From: Mycobacterium phage prophiGD15-1
Sequence record: MW584180.1
Reading direction: 5' to 3' (one strand)
DNA: 64,000 bases
The translations under genes and the position numbers were made by a program. Of the stretch, positions 25,977 through 35,984 are shown in pieces; the first letter of the stretch is position 1, and each line of letters begins with the position of its first letter. Under the pieces are notes generated by a model that saw only the letters and a program-made list of their open reading frames with translations, searched no databases and was not told the origin of the DNA.

Positions 25977-27239
25977 GTGCTCGGGGTAGCGATCACCACC
26001 CACAACCGCCGAGATGTCCTCCTCAACGCGTTAACGCACTGGATCGAGCACACCTCGGCTGATGTGCCAATTGTCGTTGTGGACGACGGCAGCGACGAGC
26101 CCCTATGCCTTGAAGGCTGGCGCGGTATCCCGGTGCATCGAGTTCCTAGCGTGAGCGTTGTTCGCCATCCACAACCTATGGGGATAGCGGTGGCGAAAAA
26201 CCGTTGCATCGCCGAGCTCATGGACTTGGGGTGCGACCACCTGTTTCTCGCTGACGACGATGTGTGGCCCACCGTAGACGAGTGGTGGAAGCCTTACGTT
26301 GAGTCGCCGGAACCGCATCTGTCGTTCCAGTGGCCCAGCGGCGGCCGACACAGCGTCACCCACCAAGACGAGCAGCATTTCGCCATCGGATTCCCCCGCG
26401 GAGTTCTCCTATACGCCGAACGCCGAGTGATCGACACGGTGGGCGGCATGGACACCGGATATGGGGCGCACGGCGGCGAACACGTCGACTGGTCACAGAG
26501 AATCCACGACGCAGGGTTGACGCGATGGCCGTTCGCCGATGTCCGAGGATCACACAACTTGATCTACTCCCGCGACAAAGCCGAAGGAAACCGAACAGGT
26601 TCTTCCCGGTTTGAGCTTCCCGAGCGTGCCCGGATGTGTGAGGCCAATGGAAACCGTTGGGGCCACAAGCACCCAACATGGCCGTACTTTCCATTCCGGG
26701 GAGGCGAGGGCGTCCAGGACTACCAGTTAGGCCCGTACTTCCCGCCCGCGGAGCATTATTCGCTGCTGCGGCATGTGGTCGGTTTGAGACCTTCCGGTGT
26801 GGCTTTGGAGTTTGGGGTGGGTAAAGGCGAATCGACCCGCATCATTGCCGAGCACATGCCGGTGATCGGATTCGACAGCTTCACCGGACTGCCTGAGGAT
26901 TGGCGCGACGGATTCCCTAAGGGGTCGTTCGCGCATAAACCACCAGCCATCAACAACACTCGCCTAGTGATAGGTCGGTATGCCGACACCCTGCCAGGGT
27001 TCACGTTCCCTGAGTGTGGTTTGGTGCATATCGACTGCGACCTGTACTCGTCCACGGCAACAGCTCTGGAATATCTACAGCTCAAGCCTGGAACTTATGT
27101 CGTTTTTGATGAGTGGCACAGCTACGACGGCTGCGAAGACCACGAGATGAAAGCCTGGCGCGAATATGCCGACCGCACCGGCATCAACTGGTGTGTGGTT
27201 GGGCATTCGCATGAGGCTTGGGCGATTCGGATCACCTAG
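25977..27239 (+). CDS. Bifunctional glycosyltransferase family 2 (N-terminal) / TylF-MycF-type SAM-dependent O-methyltransferase (C-terminal).
   Basis: N-terminal GVAITTHNRRDVLLNAL…VVDDGSDEP is GT2. C-terminal LEFGVGKGESTRIIAEHMP…LVHIDCDLYSSTATALEYL…VVFDEW is macrocin-O-methyltransferase-like. Confidence 0.65.
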   Translation: MLGVAITTHNRRDVLLNALTHWIEHTSADVPIVVVDDGSDEPLCLEGWRGIPVHRVPSVSVVRHPQPMGIAVAKNRCIAELMDLGCDHLFLADDDVWPTVDEWWKPYVESPEPHLSFQWPSGGRHSVTHQDEQHFAIGFPRGVLLYAERRVIDTVGGMDTGYGAHGGEHVDWSQRIHDAGLTRWPFADVRGSHNLIYSRDKAEGNRTGSSRFELPERARMCEANGNRWGHKHPTWPYFPFRGGEGVQDYQLGPYFPPAEHYSLLRHVVGLRPSGVALEFGVGKGESTRIIAEHMPVIGFDSFTGLPEDWRDGFPKGSFAHKPPAINNTRLVIGRYADTLPGFTFPECGLVHIDCDLYSSTATALEYLQLKPGTYVVFDEWHSYDGCEDHEMKAWREYADRTGINWCVVGHSHEAWAIRIT

Positions 27240-27245
27240 GGAGTT

Positions 27246-28067
27246 GTGTTGCGAGTCATCCTCTTTGTGTTCGCGGGCCGTAAAGCCAATATGCAACTCC
27301 AGGTACCGTACATCAAACGCATCCTGGCTGAGCATCCGAATGTTGAATACGACATCTGGAACCTCGCCCGCGACCCCAAGGACGCGGAGTATCTGCAAAC
27401 CATCACGGGCGAGCGGATCACCGTCCGTAACGACTTCCATGGCGGATGCCATTGGACCGGTTTCAACAAGGTGTGGTGGTACTACGCCCAACCCGAGTAT
27501 CGGGACTGTTTGTTCGTCAAGGTCGATGACGATGACGTGTTCTTCGAGACCGCACGCTTCGGTGAATACCTTGAGGCGATAGACAACAACCGCGGCAGCG
27601 TTGTCTCCGCGCTGACCGTGAACAACGGCGCCTCAACATGGTTGGAGCCGCTGATTTGGCGCGGCTTCGAGAACCTGAACATCCCTTTGTTGGATGTGCA
27701 CATGTCCGGCGACTACGCCCACATGTCACACGAGCATTTCCTGACCAATTGGCGGGATGTGACTGGTCAACCCAACCAGGTCATCCCGACGACGGACTGG
27801 TTGTCGATCAACTGCATCGGACTCGACCACCCCACCCTGAAACGCATCGCAGACCTACTGGACACCCCTTCGCCTGCCCATATCGCAGGCAGGGATTGGC
27901 CGCACGGCTTCAAGATCGGTGACGAAGGTGCAGCCAATATGCAGCCCCGAGTCATCCATAGAGGGTTTGTGGTGTCGCACCTATCGTTTGGACCTCAAGA
28001 ACTCCCCGATGAGACGTGGGACCAGCTGCGCGCTGGTTATGCGAAGGTCGCAGGGGAGTACCTGTGA
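27246..28067 (+). CDS. Probable glycosyltransferase (GT-A-like with DxD).
   Basis: Acidic motif VKVDDDDVFF. Located within the glycosylation cluster. Confidence 0.35.
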   Translation: MLRVILFVFAGRKANMQLQVPYIKRILAEHPNVEYDIWNLARDPKDAEYLQTITGERITVRNDFHGGCHWTGFNKVWWYYAQPEYRDCLFVKVDDDDVFFETARFGEYLEAIDNNRGSVVSALTVNNGASTWLEPLIWRGFENLNIPLLDVHMSGDYAHMSHEHFLTNWRDVTGQPNQVIPTTDWLSINCIGLDHPTLKRIADLLDTPSPAHIAGRDWPHGFKIGDEGAANMQPRVIHRGFVVSHLSFGPQELPDETWDQLRAGYAKVAGEYL

Positions 28068-28759
28068 ACGTCGCCGTGATCATCCCGTTCCGGGACCGCG
28101 GTAAGGACCCTCTAAGGCCCGCGAATCTGCGACGCGTCCTGATGGGCATGGAGGGGCTGTACCGCATCCATGTTGTTGATGACGGCCGCTCAGGCTATGA
28201 GTCGTTCAATCGATCCGCCGCATATAACCGCGGTGCCGACATGGTTGACGCCGATGTACTTATCTACTGCGAATCAGATCTGCTGGTCGACCCTATCCAG
28301 ATTCGGGAAGCGGTCGCGCTGGCTTCGTTGACACCAGGTTTAGTCGTTCCGTTCTCACGCTTCATGGCCATTGCCCCCGAGGACTCGGTTCGCGTCCGAG
28401 ACCTTGAGTTAGAGCCCGAAGAAGCTGTATCGCATCAGGTCCGAGGCGACCGTCAGTCGATCGGTGCCGTCAATGTCGTCTCCCGGGAATCACTCTCACT
28501 GATCGGTCAATACGACGAGTCGTTTGAGGGTGCTTGGTATGACGATGACGCGATGTGCCGAGCGTTTGAGGTGTGCTGCGGCCCAACCCGCTTCATAGAC
28601 GGCCCCGGATATCACCTGTACCACCTACCCGGCGCCAGCGGCGATCATTTGACCGACGCTGATCGTGCCGCCACTGAACGCAACAAGGCCCGCTACCAGC
28701 TGTACCGGCAGGCAACAACACCGGAACGTATCCGCGAACTCACCGCAGGGGGTGTGTGA
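28064..28759 (+). CDS. Galactosyltransferase-like glycosyltransferase (GT-A).
   Basis: VAVIIPFRDR matches the beta-1,4-galactosyltransferase-family N-terminal motif, and VVDDGRSG follows. Confidence 0.5.
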   Translation: MNVAVIIPFRDRGKDPLRPANLRRVLMGMEGLYRIHVVDDGRSGYESFNRSAAYNRGADMVDADVLIYCESDLLVDPIQIREAVALASLTPGLVVPFSRFMAIAPEDSVRVRDLELEPEEAVSHQVRGDRQSIGAVNVVSRESLSLIGQYDESFEGAWYDDDAMCRAFEVCCGPTRFIDGPGYHLYHLPGASGDHLTDADRAATERNKARYQLYRQATTPERIRELTAGGV

Positions 28760-29004
28760 TGGCCGACCATCTCATCACCGGCCCTGACGGCATCCAGTAC
28801 ACCTTGGCGGAGTGGGTGAACTCCCACATCGTTGGAACTTTCGAGCAGATGCTCCCCGGCGGGAAGACCCGCAAGGGCGGTGCCTGCTCGTGTGGGTGGC
28901 GCACCCCGCCTTTCGATCCTGTCGGTGATCGCGCTAAAGCGATGGCCGATGAACATAAGCGTCTAGAAGACCTCGCTGATGAGATGCGAAGGGAGAATGG
29001 TTAA
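28756..29004 (+). CDS. Hypothetical protein.
   Basis: ORF. Confidence 0.35.
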   Translation: MMADHLITGPDGIQYTLAEWVNSHIVGTFEQMLPGGKTRKGGACSCGWRTPPFDPVGDRAKAMADEHKRLEDLADEMRRENG

Positions 29005-29420
29005 TGGCAGCCTTCGTGTACTTCACTGTGGCCGACACCTATCAGGCCATCGTCTCTGATGGGTCTGATGAGGGTAGCGAGCCGGATCTGAAGATGATTT
29101 CCGGCACGGTCACTTTCACTCCGTCGGTGAAGGAAGTGCTGGCCACCATCTCCGATATCCCCACCACGGTGCGTTTGGAGCCGATCATTGGCCGCATCGA
29201 GGAAGACGGTGTGCTGAAGACTCTCGATTCCACACCAGGTGTGAAGCTGCTCGCCAACACCGAAGCAATCGGGCCACTGCCTGAGCTGACGTATCGGGTG
29301 GACTTCACGAACGTGGTCTACAACCGCAAGACCAACCAGCGCATCGAACCGTTCCGGTTCGCCGCTGCCACAAGCGCCACCACGCTGCGCTTGTCTTCGG
29401 TTGAGCGCCTGCCGCTTTAG
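29004..29420 (+). CDS. Hypothetical protein.
   Basis: ORF. TAATG overlap with the upstream stop. Confidence 0.4.
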   Translation: MAAFVYFTVADTYQAIVSDGSDEGSEPDLKMISGTVTFTPSVKEVLATISDIPTTVRLEPIIGRIEEDGVLKTLDSTPGVKLLANTEAIGPLPELTYRVDFTNVVYNRKTNQRIEPFRFAAATSATTLRLSSVERLPL

Positions 29421-29494
29421 GCACACGTACTAGGCGCCCCTACCCGTCCAAAGGTAGGACCAGTTAAGTCAAGTCGAGAATTGAGGGAACAACT

Positions 29495-29863
29495 ATGTCT
29501 GTCGACGTGATCCATGTGCCAGGCGGTATCGGTGGCCGCTACGAGGATTACTACTTTCCTGTCCAAGCGGCGCAGGTCCGAAACCTGCTAGGCAAGATCC
29601 TGACCCATATCGAGGCCATGAACCTTCCACCGCGCGTTGAGAAGGCCAACAAAGACCTGGTCCGCCAATCCATCTGGGACTGGTGGTCCGACGCCATGGA
29701 GAACTCCACCACCTCAGCGGGCGGATGCATTGGGCCGATCGAGAACATTCGGGAAGCCCGCACATCTGACGACAAGCCAAACCGATATGTGTGGCACACG
29801 ACGGTTGGAGAGCTGGCGCCCAAGGCGCCGAAGATGTTCGTCACATACAGAGACAAGCGCTGA
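29495..29863 (+). CDS. Hypothetical protein.
   Basis: ORF with GAGGGAA SD. Confidence 0.4.
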   Translation: MSVDVIHVPGGIGGRYEDYYFPVQAAQVRNLLGKILTHIEAMNLPPRVEKANKDLVRQSIWDWWSDAMENSTTSAGGCIGPIENIREARTSDDKPNRYVWHTTVGELAPKAPKMFVTYRDKR

Positions 29864-30081
29864 TGAGCGACGAGCAGTACTTCGGCCCCTTCTGGGTCGG
29901 CATCAAGACTCGAGATTTCTGCGGTAAGCGCCTACCGAAGCGAGATCATAAGCCGTGGATCGACGACGGCGTCTATGGGGAGATCTACTGGGGCGATAGC
30001 GCGGGGGCCCGCGAGCTCGCGCAACATCTACTCGACGCAGCGGACGCCTATGACGCACTCGCTTCGGAGTTCAACTCATGA
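29863..30081 (+). CDS. Hypothetical small protein.
   Basis: ORF. Confidence 0.3.
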   Translation: MSDEQYFGPFWVGIKTRDFCGKRLPKRDHKPWIDDGVYGEIYWGDSAGARELAQHLLDAADAYDALASEFNS

Positions 30082-30281
30082 GACCCGACGAACGCATGAA
30101 CCAGCTCCAGCGAAGAGTGGTTAACCATGCCCTGGCGGATCGGATGCTGAAAGTATCGCGGGGCGAGCCGATATCCGTTATGCGGGGATGGGCCAAGGAT
30201 GGAAAGACCTTTCACTTCCTTGAGCCAGACCTATCTGGCGTGGATTGGCACCATGAGATGCAGAGGCTTTGGTGGGCTTGA
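30078..30281 (+). CDS. Hypothetical small protein.
   Basis: ORF. Confidence 0.3.
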   Translation: MRPDERMNQLQRRVVNHALADRMLKVSRGEPISVMRGWAKDGKTFHFLEPDLSGVDWHHEMQRLWWA

Positions 30282-30910
30282 CCTACCGCATCGGCATAGT
30301 TGGCCATAACAAGCGGGCCGCCGCGGCCCATAACCTGATGGAAGCTACTGGTGCAGCGTTCCTGTCGTTAGACAACGGATCTAAGGGCTGCAACGGCAAC
30401 CACCGCCATGTACTCGAGTGGCTATCCACCAGCCCTACTGAGTGGGTAGTTGTCCTTGAGGATGACGCCCAACCCATAGACGACTTCCGCACACAGCTCG
30501 ATAAAGCGCTCACCGCGGCCCCTTGTGACATTGTGTCCCTGTATTTGGGGACCAACTATCCGCGTCTATGGCAGCGCGGCATACAACGCGCCACAACCCA
30601 AGCCGACCAAACTGATTCGCCCTGGCTGGTATCCGAGCATCTACTACACGCAGTGGGGTATTGCATCCGCACCACCCTGGTACCTGATCTTCTCGACGCC
30701 CTACCTGAGATGCCCATTGACGACGCCATCACCACATGGGCCAGAGACCAAGAGCACCGCATCGCCTACACATGGCCAAGCCTCGTAGACCACGAGGATG
30801 CGGACACCTTGATCTCCAAGCGCCCCACACGTAACGCCCCACGCAAGGCCCACCGCACAGGCACACGCACCCAATGGGCTGGCCCCACCGTAGAACTGGA
30901 GTACTGCTGA
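30269..30910 (+). CDS. Possible additional glycosyltransferase (GT25-like).
   Basis: VVVLEDDAQP resembles the GT25 (LPS glycosyltransferase) motif. Weak. Confidence 0.25.
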   Translation: MVGLTYRIGIVGHNKRAAAAHNLMEATGAAFLSLDNGSKGCNGNHRHVLEWLSTSPTEWVVVLEDDAQPIDDFRTQLDKALTAAPCDIVSLYLGTNYPRLWQRGIQRATTQADQTDSPWLVSEHLLHAVGYCIRTTLVPDLLDALPEMPIDDAITTWARDQEHRIAYTWPSLVDHEDADTLISKRPTRNAPRKAHRTGTRTQWAGPTVELEYC

Positions 30911-31051
30911 TGCCCGAAGAGATGACTACGGCCGCCTTTCATGTCGATGCGGGCACGTCCCGTACGGAGCGCACCACAGTAAGTGCAACGTTCGAAGTCG
31001 TGGGTTGCGAAGCCGTGATTGATCTAGGTACCTCCTAAGGGGGATTCACTA

Positions 31052-31336
31052 ATGCCCGTCCTAGTCTGCTCACGAGGCAAGGAATACGTACACCCATCAG
31101 GCACGCACTACCTGTCCAGTCCCACCAATGTGCTGCACATCTTCAATGGTGAAACCAACGTCGCGTCCTACCGCGAATGGGACTATGCCTGGATACCCAA
31201 CGGAGAACCCGGCACAGGCCAACACGTCGACAACTCGATCAACTTCAACAGGCCAGTCGGTGTCACCACCGTGGAGGAGCAGCAGAAGCGCGCGCGTCTG
31301 CAGTTGTCCCGAGATGGCCATGCCCCGCGCACCTAG
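31052..31336 (+). CDS. Hypothetical protein.
   Basis: ORF after the putative cos region. Confidence 0.35.
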   Translation: MPVLVCSRGKEYVHPSGTHYLSSPTNVLHIFNGETNVASYREWDYAWIPNGEPGTGQHVDNSINFNRPVGVTTVEEQQKRARLQLSRDGHAPRT

Positions 31337-31667
31337 AGTCTGCGCACACCCTGACTGCACAGAGCTGGTGCATGGCGCTAGGCGCTGCCCCCAGCATCAG
31401 GTAAGCGGCTGGTCCTCTAGTCCACGCACCGCATCCGCAGGACGCACAGGAACCAGCGCATGGAGACGCACCAGAGCCTACGTCCTACACCGCGACAACC
31501 ACACATGCCAGATACGCGGACCACGATGCACCACCCACGCCACCGAAGTCGACCACATCAAACCAGTCAGCCTCGGCGGCACAGACTTCGCAATCAACTG
31601 CCAAGCAACCTGCCACACCTGCCACGCCTGGAAAACCGCACAGGAAGCCAACACGGCCCGGCAATGA
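31314..31667 (+). CDS. HNH endonuclease, terminase-associated.
   Basis: CAHPDC…CPQH…HTCQIRGPRCTTHATEVDHIKPVSLGG…NCQATCHTCHAWKT. Immediately upstream of the small terminase. Confidence 0.65.
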   Translation: MAMPRAPRVCAHPDCTELVHGARRCPQHQVSGWSSSPRTASAGRTGTSAWRRTRAYVLHRDNHTCQIRGPRCTTHATEVDHIKPVSLGGTDFAINCQATCHTCHAWKTAQEANTARQ

Positions 31668-31793
31668 CCCCCTGGGGACCACCCCCACCCCACCCCACGC
31701 CCCGACATCGGCCAGACGCCGTCTTTTCGGCCTGTACGGGTTCCCCAGCTTTTCCGGCCCCGAAACGGGGCGTCCAAGTCCCGAAACGGGAGG

Positions 31794-32255
31794 TTGATGA
31801 TGCCTGGACCCACCAAGAAAGATCCGAGTCTGGTTGCTCGGCGCAATAAGACGACGACCAGGGCTGTTTTGTCTGCCGATCACGACATTGAAGCGCCCGA
31901 GCTCCCTGCGGAGATCGCGTGGCATTCGATGACGAAGCGTTGGTGGGCTGATATTTGGTCGTCTCCGATGGCTCCCGAGTATGCGGAGTCGGACATCAAC
32001 GGTTTGTTGCGTGTGGCGATGTTGTACAACGACTTTTGGTTGGCGGAGACAGCGAAAGAGCGGGCTGAGATTCAGGTTCGGCTCGAGAAGGCCGATGTCG
32101 ACTACGGAACTAACCCGATGGCTCGGCGCCGGCTGGAATGGCAGATCGAGCAGTCGGAGGATTCGAAGGCAAAGGGACAGAAGCGCCGCGGCGTCCCCAA
32201 CCCCGCCCCGATGCCAGAACCCGACTCCGATCCGCGGCTCAAGCTAGTCCAATAG
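31794..32255 (+). CDS. terS: Terminase small subunit.
   Basis: Position directly upstream of the large terminase. ~150-aa charged protein. Confidence 0.5.
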   Translation: MMMPGPTKKDPSLVARRNKTTTRAVLSADHDIEAPELPAEIAWHSMTKRWWADIWSSPMAPEYAESDINGLLRVAMLYNDFWLAETAKERAEIQVRLEKADVDYGTNPMARRRLEWQIEQSEDSKAKGQKRRGVPNPAPMPEPDSDPRLKLVQ

Positions 32256-32262
32256 TCCCGCC

Positions 32263-33915
32263 ATGGCGGTTCTGATTGTTCCGCCGCTCGACCTGTCCTA
32301 CCCGACATTGGGGCCGCAGGTCTGCCAGTTCATCGAAGAGCGGATGGTGTTCGGCCCCGGATCCCTATCGGGGCAGCCGGCACGCCTCGATGACGAGAAG
32401 CGCGGCATCATCTACCGCCTCTACGAGATCTACCCGCAAGGGCACCGGCTTGCGGGGCGGCGCAGGTTTCAGCGTGGAGCCATTGAGGTCCGTAAGGGGC
32501 TGGCGAAAACCGAGCTCGCCGCTTGGATATCGGGTTGCGAGCTGCACCCCGAGGCTCCGGTTCGGTGCGACGGGTTCGACGCCAGCGGCAATCCGGTCGG
32601 CCGGCCCGTGGAGTCGCCCGTCATTCCGATGATGGCGGTCACCGAGGAGCAGGTGGAAGAGCTCGCGTACGGCGTGCTCAAGTATGTGCTCGAAAATGGG
32701 CCTGACGCGGAACTGTTCGTGATCACTAAAGAGAAGATCATCCGAAAGGGCTGGAACGGAACCGAAGACGGCTTTGTCGTCGCGGTATCCAACGCCCCCG
32801 GATCCCGAGACGGTGCACGAACCACCTTCCAGCACTTCGATGAACCACACCGATTGTTCATGCAGCGGATGCGGGACGCGCACGAAACGATGCTCCAGAA
32901 CATGCCGAAGCGGCCCCTCGAGGATCCGTGGACGCTGTACACCTCCACCGCGGGCCAGCCGGGGCAGAACAGCATCGAAGAGGATGTTCTCGCCGAAGCG
33001 GAAGCTATCGACAAAGGTGAGGTTGACGACCCCAGCCTGTTCTTCTTCCGCCGATGGGCCGGCGACGAGCACCGCGACCTATCCACTGTGGAGAACCGGA
33101 TCGCAGCCGTCGCAGACGCCACCGGCCCCGTAGGGGAGTGGGGCGTCGGCCAGTTTGAGCGGATCGCAAAGGACTACGACCGCAAGGGCATCGACAAAGC
33201 CTACTGGGAACGGGTGTGGCTGAATCGGTGGCGCAAATCTGGCTACCAAGCGTTCGACATGCTCAAAGTCGAATCCCTGCGCTTCGAGGACGAAGACAAA
33301 CCGTGGGGTCCGATACCGGACGCCGCGTTCGTCACCGCAGGGTTTGACGGCGCGAGGTTCCGTGACGCCACTGCACTCACCATCACGGATATCGAGACCG
33401 GACGGCAGATGCTTTTGGGCTGCTGGGAGCGCCCTGAAAACGCTGAGGACTGGGAAATCCCAGAGGATGAGGTCACGGACCTAGTCACGGACATGATGTC
33501 CCGGTATGAGGTGTGGCGCATGTACTGCGACCCGCCCCACTGGACAGAAACCGTTGCTTCATGGGCGGCCCGATTCCCCGATCAAGTTGTCGAGTGGTTC
33601 ACCCAACGCAAAACGCCTATGGCCGCCGCGGTTAGGGCGTATGTCGAGGCTATCGATTCCGGGATTGTCACTTATGGCGAAAACGCCTGGCAAGAGACGC
33701 TGATCAAGCATATGGGAAACGCTGGCAGACACGAGTTGAAGCTCCTTGACGACCAGGGAGCGCCGCTGTGGATCCTCCAGAAGCAAGACGGGCGCCTCGA
33801 GGACAAGTTCGACGCAGCAATGTCCGCGGTCCTGTCCTGGACAGCCTGTGTCGATGCTCGACGATCCGGGGCTAAGCCGCGGCCGAAATCTTATGTGCCG
33901 AGGCGCATCTACTAA
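32263..33915 (+). CDS. terL: Terminase large subunit.
   Basis: 550 aa with an ATPase N-terminal and nuclease C-terminal organisation, immediately upstream of portal. Confidence 0.75.
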   Translation: MAVLIVPPLDLSYPTLGPQVCQFIEERMVFGPGSLSGQPARLDDEKRGIIYRLYEIYPQGHRLAGRRRFQRGAIEVRKGLAKTELAAWISGCELHPEAPVRCDGFDASGNPVGRPVESPVIPMMAVTEEQVEELAYGVLKYVLENGPDAELFVITKEKIIRKGWNGTEDGFVVAVSNAPGSRDGARTTFQHFDEPHRLFMQRMRDAHETMLQNMPKRPLEDPWTLYTSTAGQPGQNSIEEDVLAEAEAIDKGEVDDPSLFFFRRWAGDEHRDLSTVENRIAAVADATGPVGEWGVGQFERIAKDYDRKGIDKAYWERVWLNRWRKSGYQAFDMLKVESLRFEDEDKPWGPIPDAAFVTAGFDGARFRDATALTITDIETGRQMLLGCWERPENAEDWEIPEDEVTDLVTDMMSRYEVWRMYCDPPHWTETVASWAARFPDQVVEWFTQRKTPMAAAVRAYVEAIDSGIVTYGENAWQETLIKHMGNAGRHELKLLDDQGAPLWILQKQDGRLEDKFDAAMSAVLSWTACVDARRSGAKPRPKSYVPRRIY

Positions 33916-35298
33916 ATGACAGAAGGGAGTCCCATGGCGTCTACACCAGAAGAATGGCTCCCCATCCTGACCAAGCGCATCGACGACAACATGCCGCGAG
34001 TCCGGCTCCTGGACCGGTATGTGTCCGGCGACGCACCGCTACCGGAGCAGTCGAAGAACACGAAAGCATCCTGGAAAGCGTTCCAGAAGATGTCCCGCAC
34101 CAACTGGGGCATGCTGATACGAGACTCAGTTTCTGATCGCATCGTGCCGAACGGAATCACAGTCGACGGGTCCGCGGACTCGGAGACTGCTAAGCAGGCG
34201 CAACGCATCTACCGCGACAACCGCATGGATGCCGTTGTGCGGCAGTGGCTCGACTACGGGCTGACCTTCCGCGATTCATACCTGACTTGCTGGCAGGGAA
34301 ATGACGGCCAGGCAATAATCACCGCCGATTCCCCCGAAACCATGTACGCCGCAGTAGATCCCCTGCAGCCTTGGCGAGTGCGTGCCGCGATCCGCTACTG
34401 GCGCGACATAGACGAAGAGAAAGACTTTGCGTTCGTTTGGGTGAACGGTGCGCGCCAGAAGTTCTCACGCCCCTGCTACGTGCAGAACATCAACTCCAAG
34501 CGCCTCATGACCAGAATCTCGGGCGGTTGGGAGCCTGAAACCGACCTGATCGAGACTGACGGCGCCCCACCTGTGGTTGTGTACACCAACCCGGGCGGTG
34601 CTGGGGTTTTCGAGACCCATATAGATCTCATCAACCGCATCAACTCCGGCGTTCTGCAGCGCTTGTCGACGATGGCGATGCAAGCGTTCCGTCAGCGCGC
34701 TCTAAAGAAGGAGGGAGACAAGCCCCTACCGGCGGTCGATGACAAAGGCAACGCCATCGACTATGCGGCCATCTTTGAACCAGCCCCCGGAGCGCTGTGG
34801 GATCTCCCACCAGGTGTTGACATTTGGGAATCTGCCACAACCGATGCAAGCCCCATGCTCGCCGCGTCGAAAGAAGACATCCGGCATCTCTCGGCGGCCA
34901 CGAAAACGCCCCTTCCCATGCTGATGCCCGATGGCGCAAATCAGACGGCGGAAGGCGCGATGAACACCGAGAAGGGCTTCATTTTCAAGTGTGAAGCATG
35001 CCTAGCGGTAGTGAAACTCGGCCTCGAAGCCATCATCGTTAAGGCGCTAGAGACCGAAGGTGTCGCAGACGTAGGCAATGTTGAGGTGTCATTCGAGGCG
35101 CCAGCCCGTGTGACACTCTCTGAGAAGTACTCTGCCGCAGCACAAGCGGCGGCAGCAGGGGAGCCGTGGGGCTCAATTGCGCGGAACATCCTCAAGTACT
35201 CACCCGACCAGATTGCACAAGTCGAAAAGGATCGGGCCAAGGAAGAGGCGATGGCGCCACAAGTAGCGCCACCTGCTCCACAAGACTTCCCCCAGTAG
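33916..35298 (+). CDS. Portal protein.
   Basis: 460 aa following terL. Typical mycobacteriophage portal N-terminus. Confidence 0.7.
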   Translation: MTEGSPMASTPEEWLPILTKRIDDNMPRVRLLDRYVSGDAPLPEQSKNTKASWKAFQKMSRTNWGMLIRDSVSDRIVPNGITVDGSADSETAKQAQRIYRDNRMDAVVRQWLDYGLTFRDSYLTCWQGNDGQAIITADSPETMYAAVDPLQPWRVRAAIRYWRDIDEEKDFAFVWVNGARQKFSRPCYVQNINSKRLMTRISGGWEPETDLIETDGAPPVVVYTNPGGAGVFETHIDLINRINSGVLQRLSTMAMQAFRQRALKKEGDKPLPAVDDKGNAIDYAAIFEPAPGALWDLPPGVDIWESATTDASPMLAASKEDIRHLSAATKTPLPMLMPDGANQTAEGAMNTEKGFIFKCEACLAVVKLGLEAIIVKALETEGVADVGNVEVSFEAPARVTLSEKYSAAAQAAAAGEPWGSIARNILKYSPDQIAQVEKDRAKEEAMAPQVAPPAPQDFPQ

Positions 35299-35348
35299 GG
35301 GGTTCGCCCGTACGGGCGCCACCAATGCGAAACGCAAAGGAATTTCAC

Positions 35349-35963
35349 ATGTCTGATGTGACCCCGAATGACATGCCGGGAGCCGTAACGGAACCGGGCG
35401 AACCAGAAGGAACCGTAGACGCCATCAAGGCGCCGAAATCCGAAGCCAAAACCGATGGTTTGACCGCTGAGGAACGGCAAGAGCTGGACAGACTTCGCGC
35501 CACCCGCGTTGAGGAACGACGCTGGGAAAAGCGCGCGAAGGAAAACTACGACGACGCCACCAAGTGGCGTGAGCTCATCGAGAAGAGCGGCGGAGACAAG
35601 AAAGAGTTCGACCCAAGGGCCGAAATCGACAAGATCCGAGCCGAACTGACCACCGAACGCACCGAACGGTTGCGATCAGAGGTCGCCAGAACCACCGGAG
35701 TTGACCCTGAGGACATCAAGGGCGGCACCGAAGAAGAGATGCGCGAATCCGCCGAACGGTGGAAGGTGCGTTTCAACGCTCGACTCGAAGAAGCGATCAA
35801 GTCGAAGTCCGCACCGGCCGCAGCGCCGGCAGCCGAGGTTACTTCAGACAAGAAAGTCACCGGTCCCAAGCAGTTGACCCGTGATGACCTCAAAAACATG
35901 TCCCCCAAGGCGATTCGAGAAGCCCGCGAGAGCGGGCAGCTCGACGAGCTGATGGGGAAGTAA
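35349..35963 (+). CDS. Scaffolding protein.
   Basis: Highly charged, Glu/Arg/Lys-rich, predicted coiled coil, between portal and capsid. The ORF-track start at 35166 overlaps the portal gene. Confidence 0.55.
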   Translation: MSDVTPNDMPGAVTEPGEPEGTVDAIKAPKSEAKTDGLTAEERQELDRLRATRVEERRWEKRAKENYDDATKWRELIEKSGGDKKEFDPRAEIDKIRAELTTERTERLRSEVARTTGVDPEDIKGGTEEEMRESAERWKVRFNARLEEAIKSKSAPAAAPAAEVTSDKKVTGPKQLTRDDLKNMSPKAIREARESGQLDELMGK

Positions 35964-35984
35964 GCATAGGAAGGAGCCAGTCAG

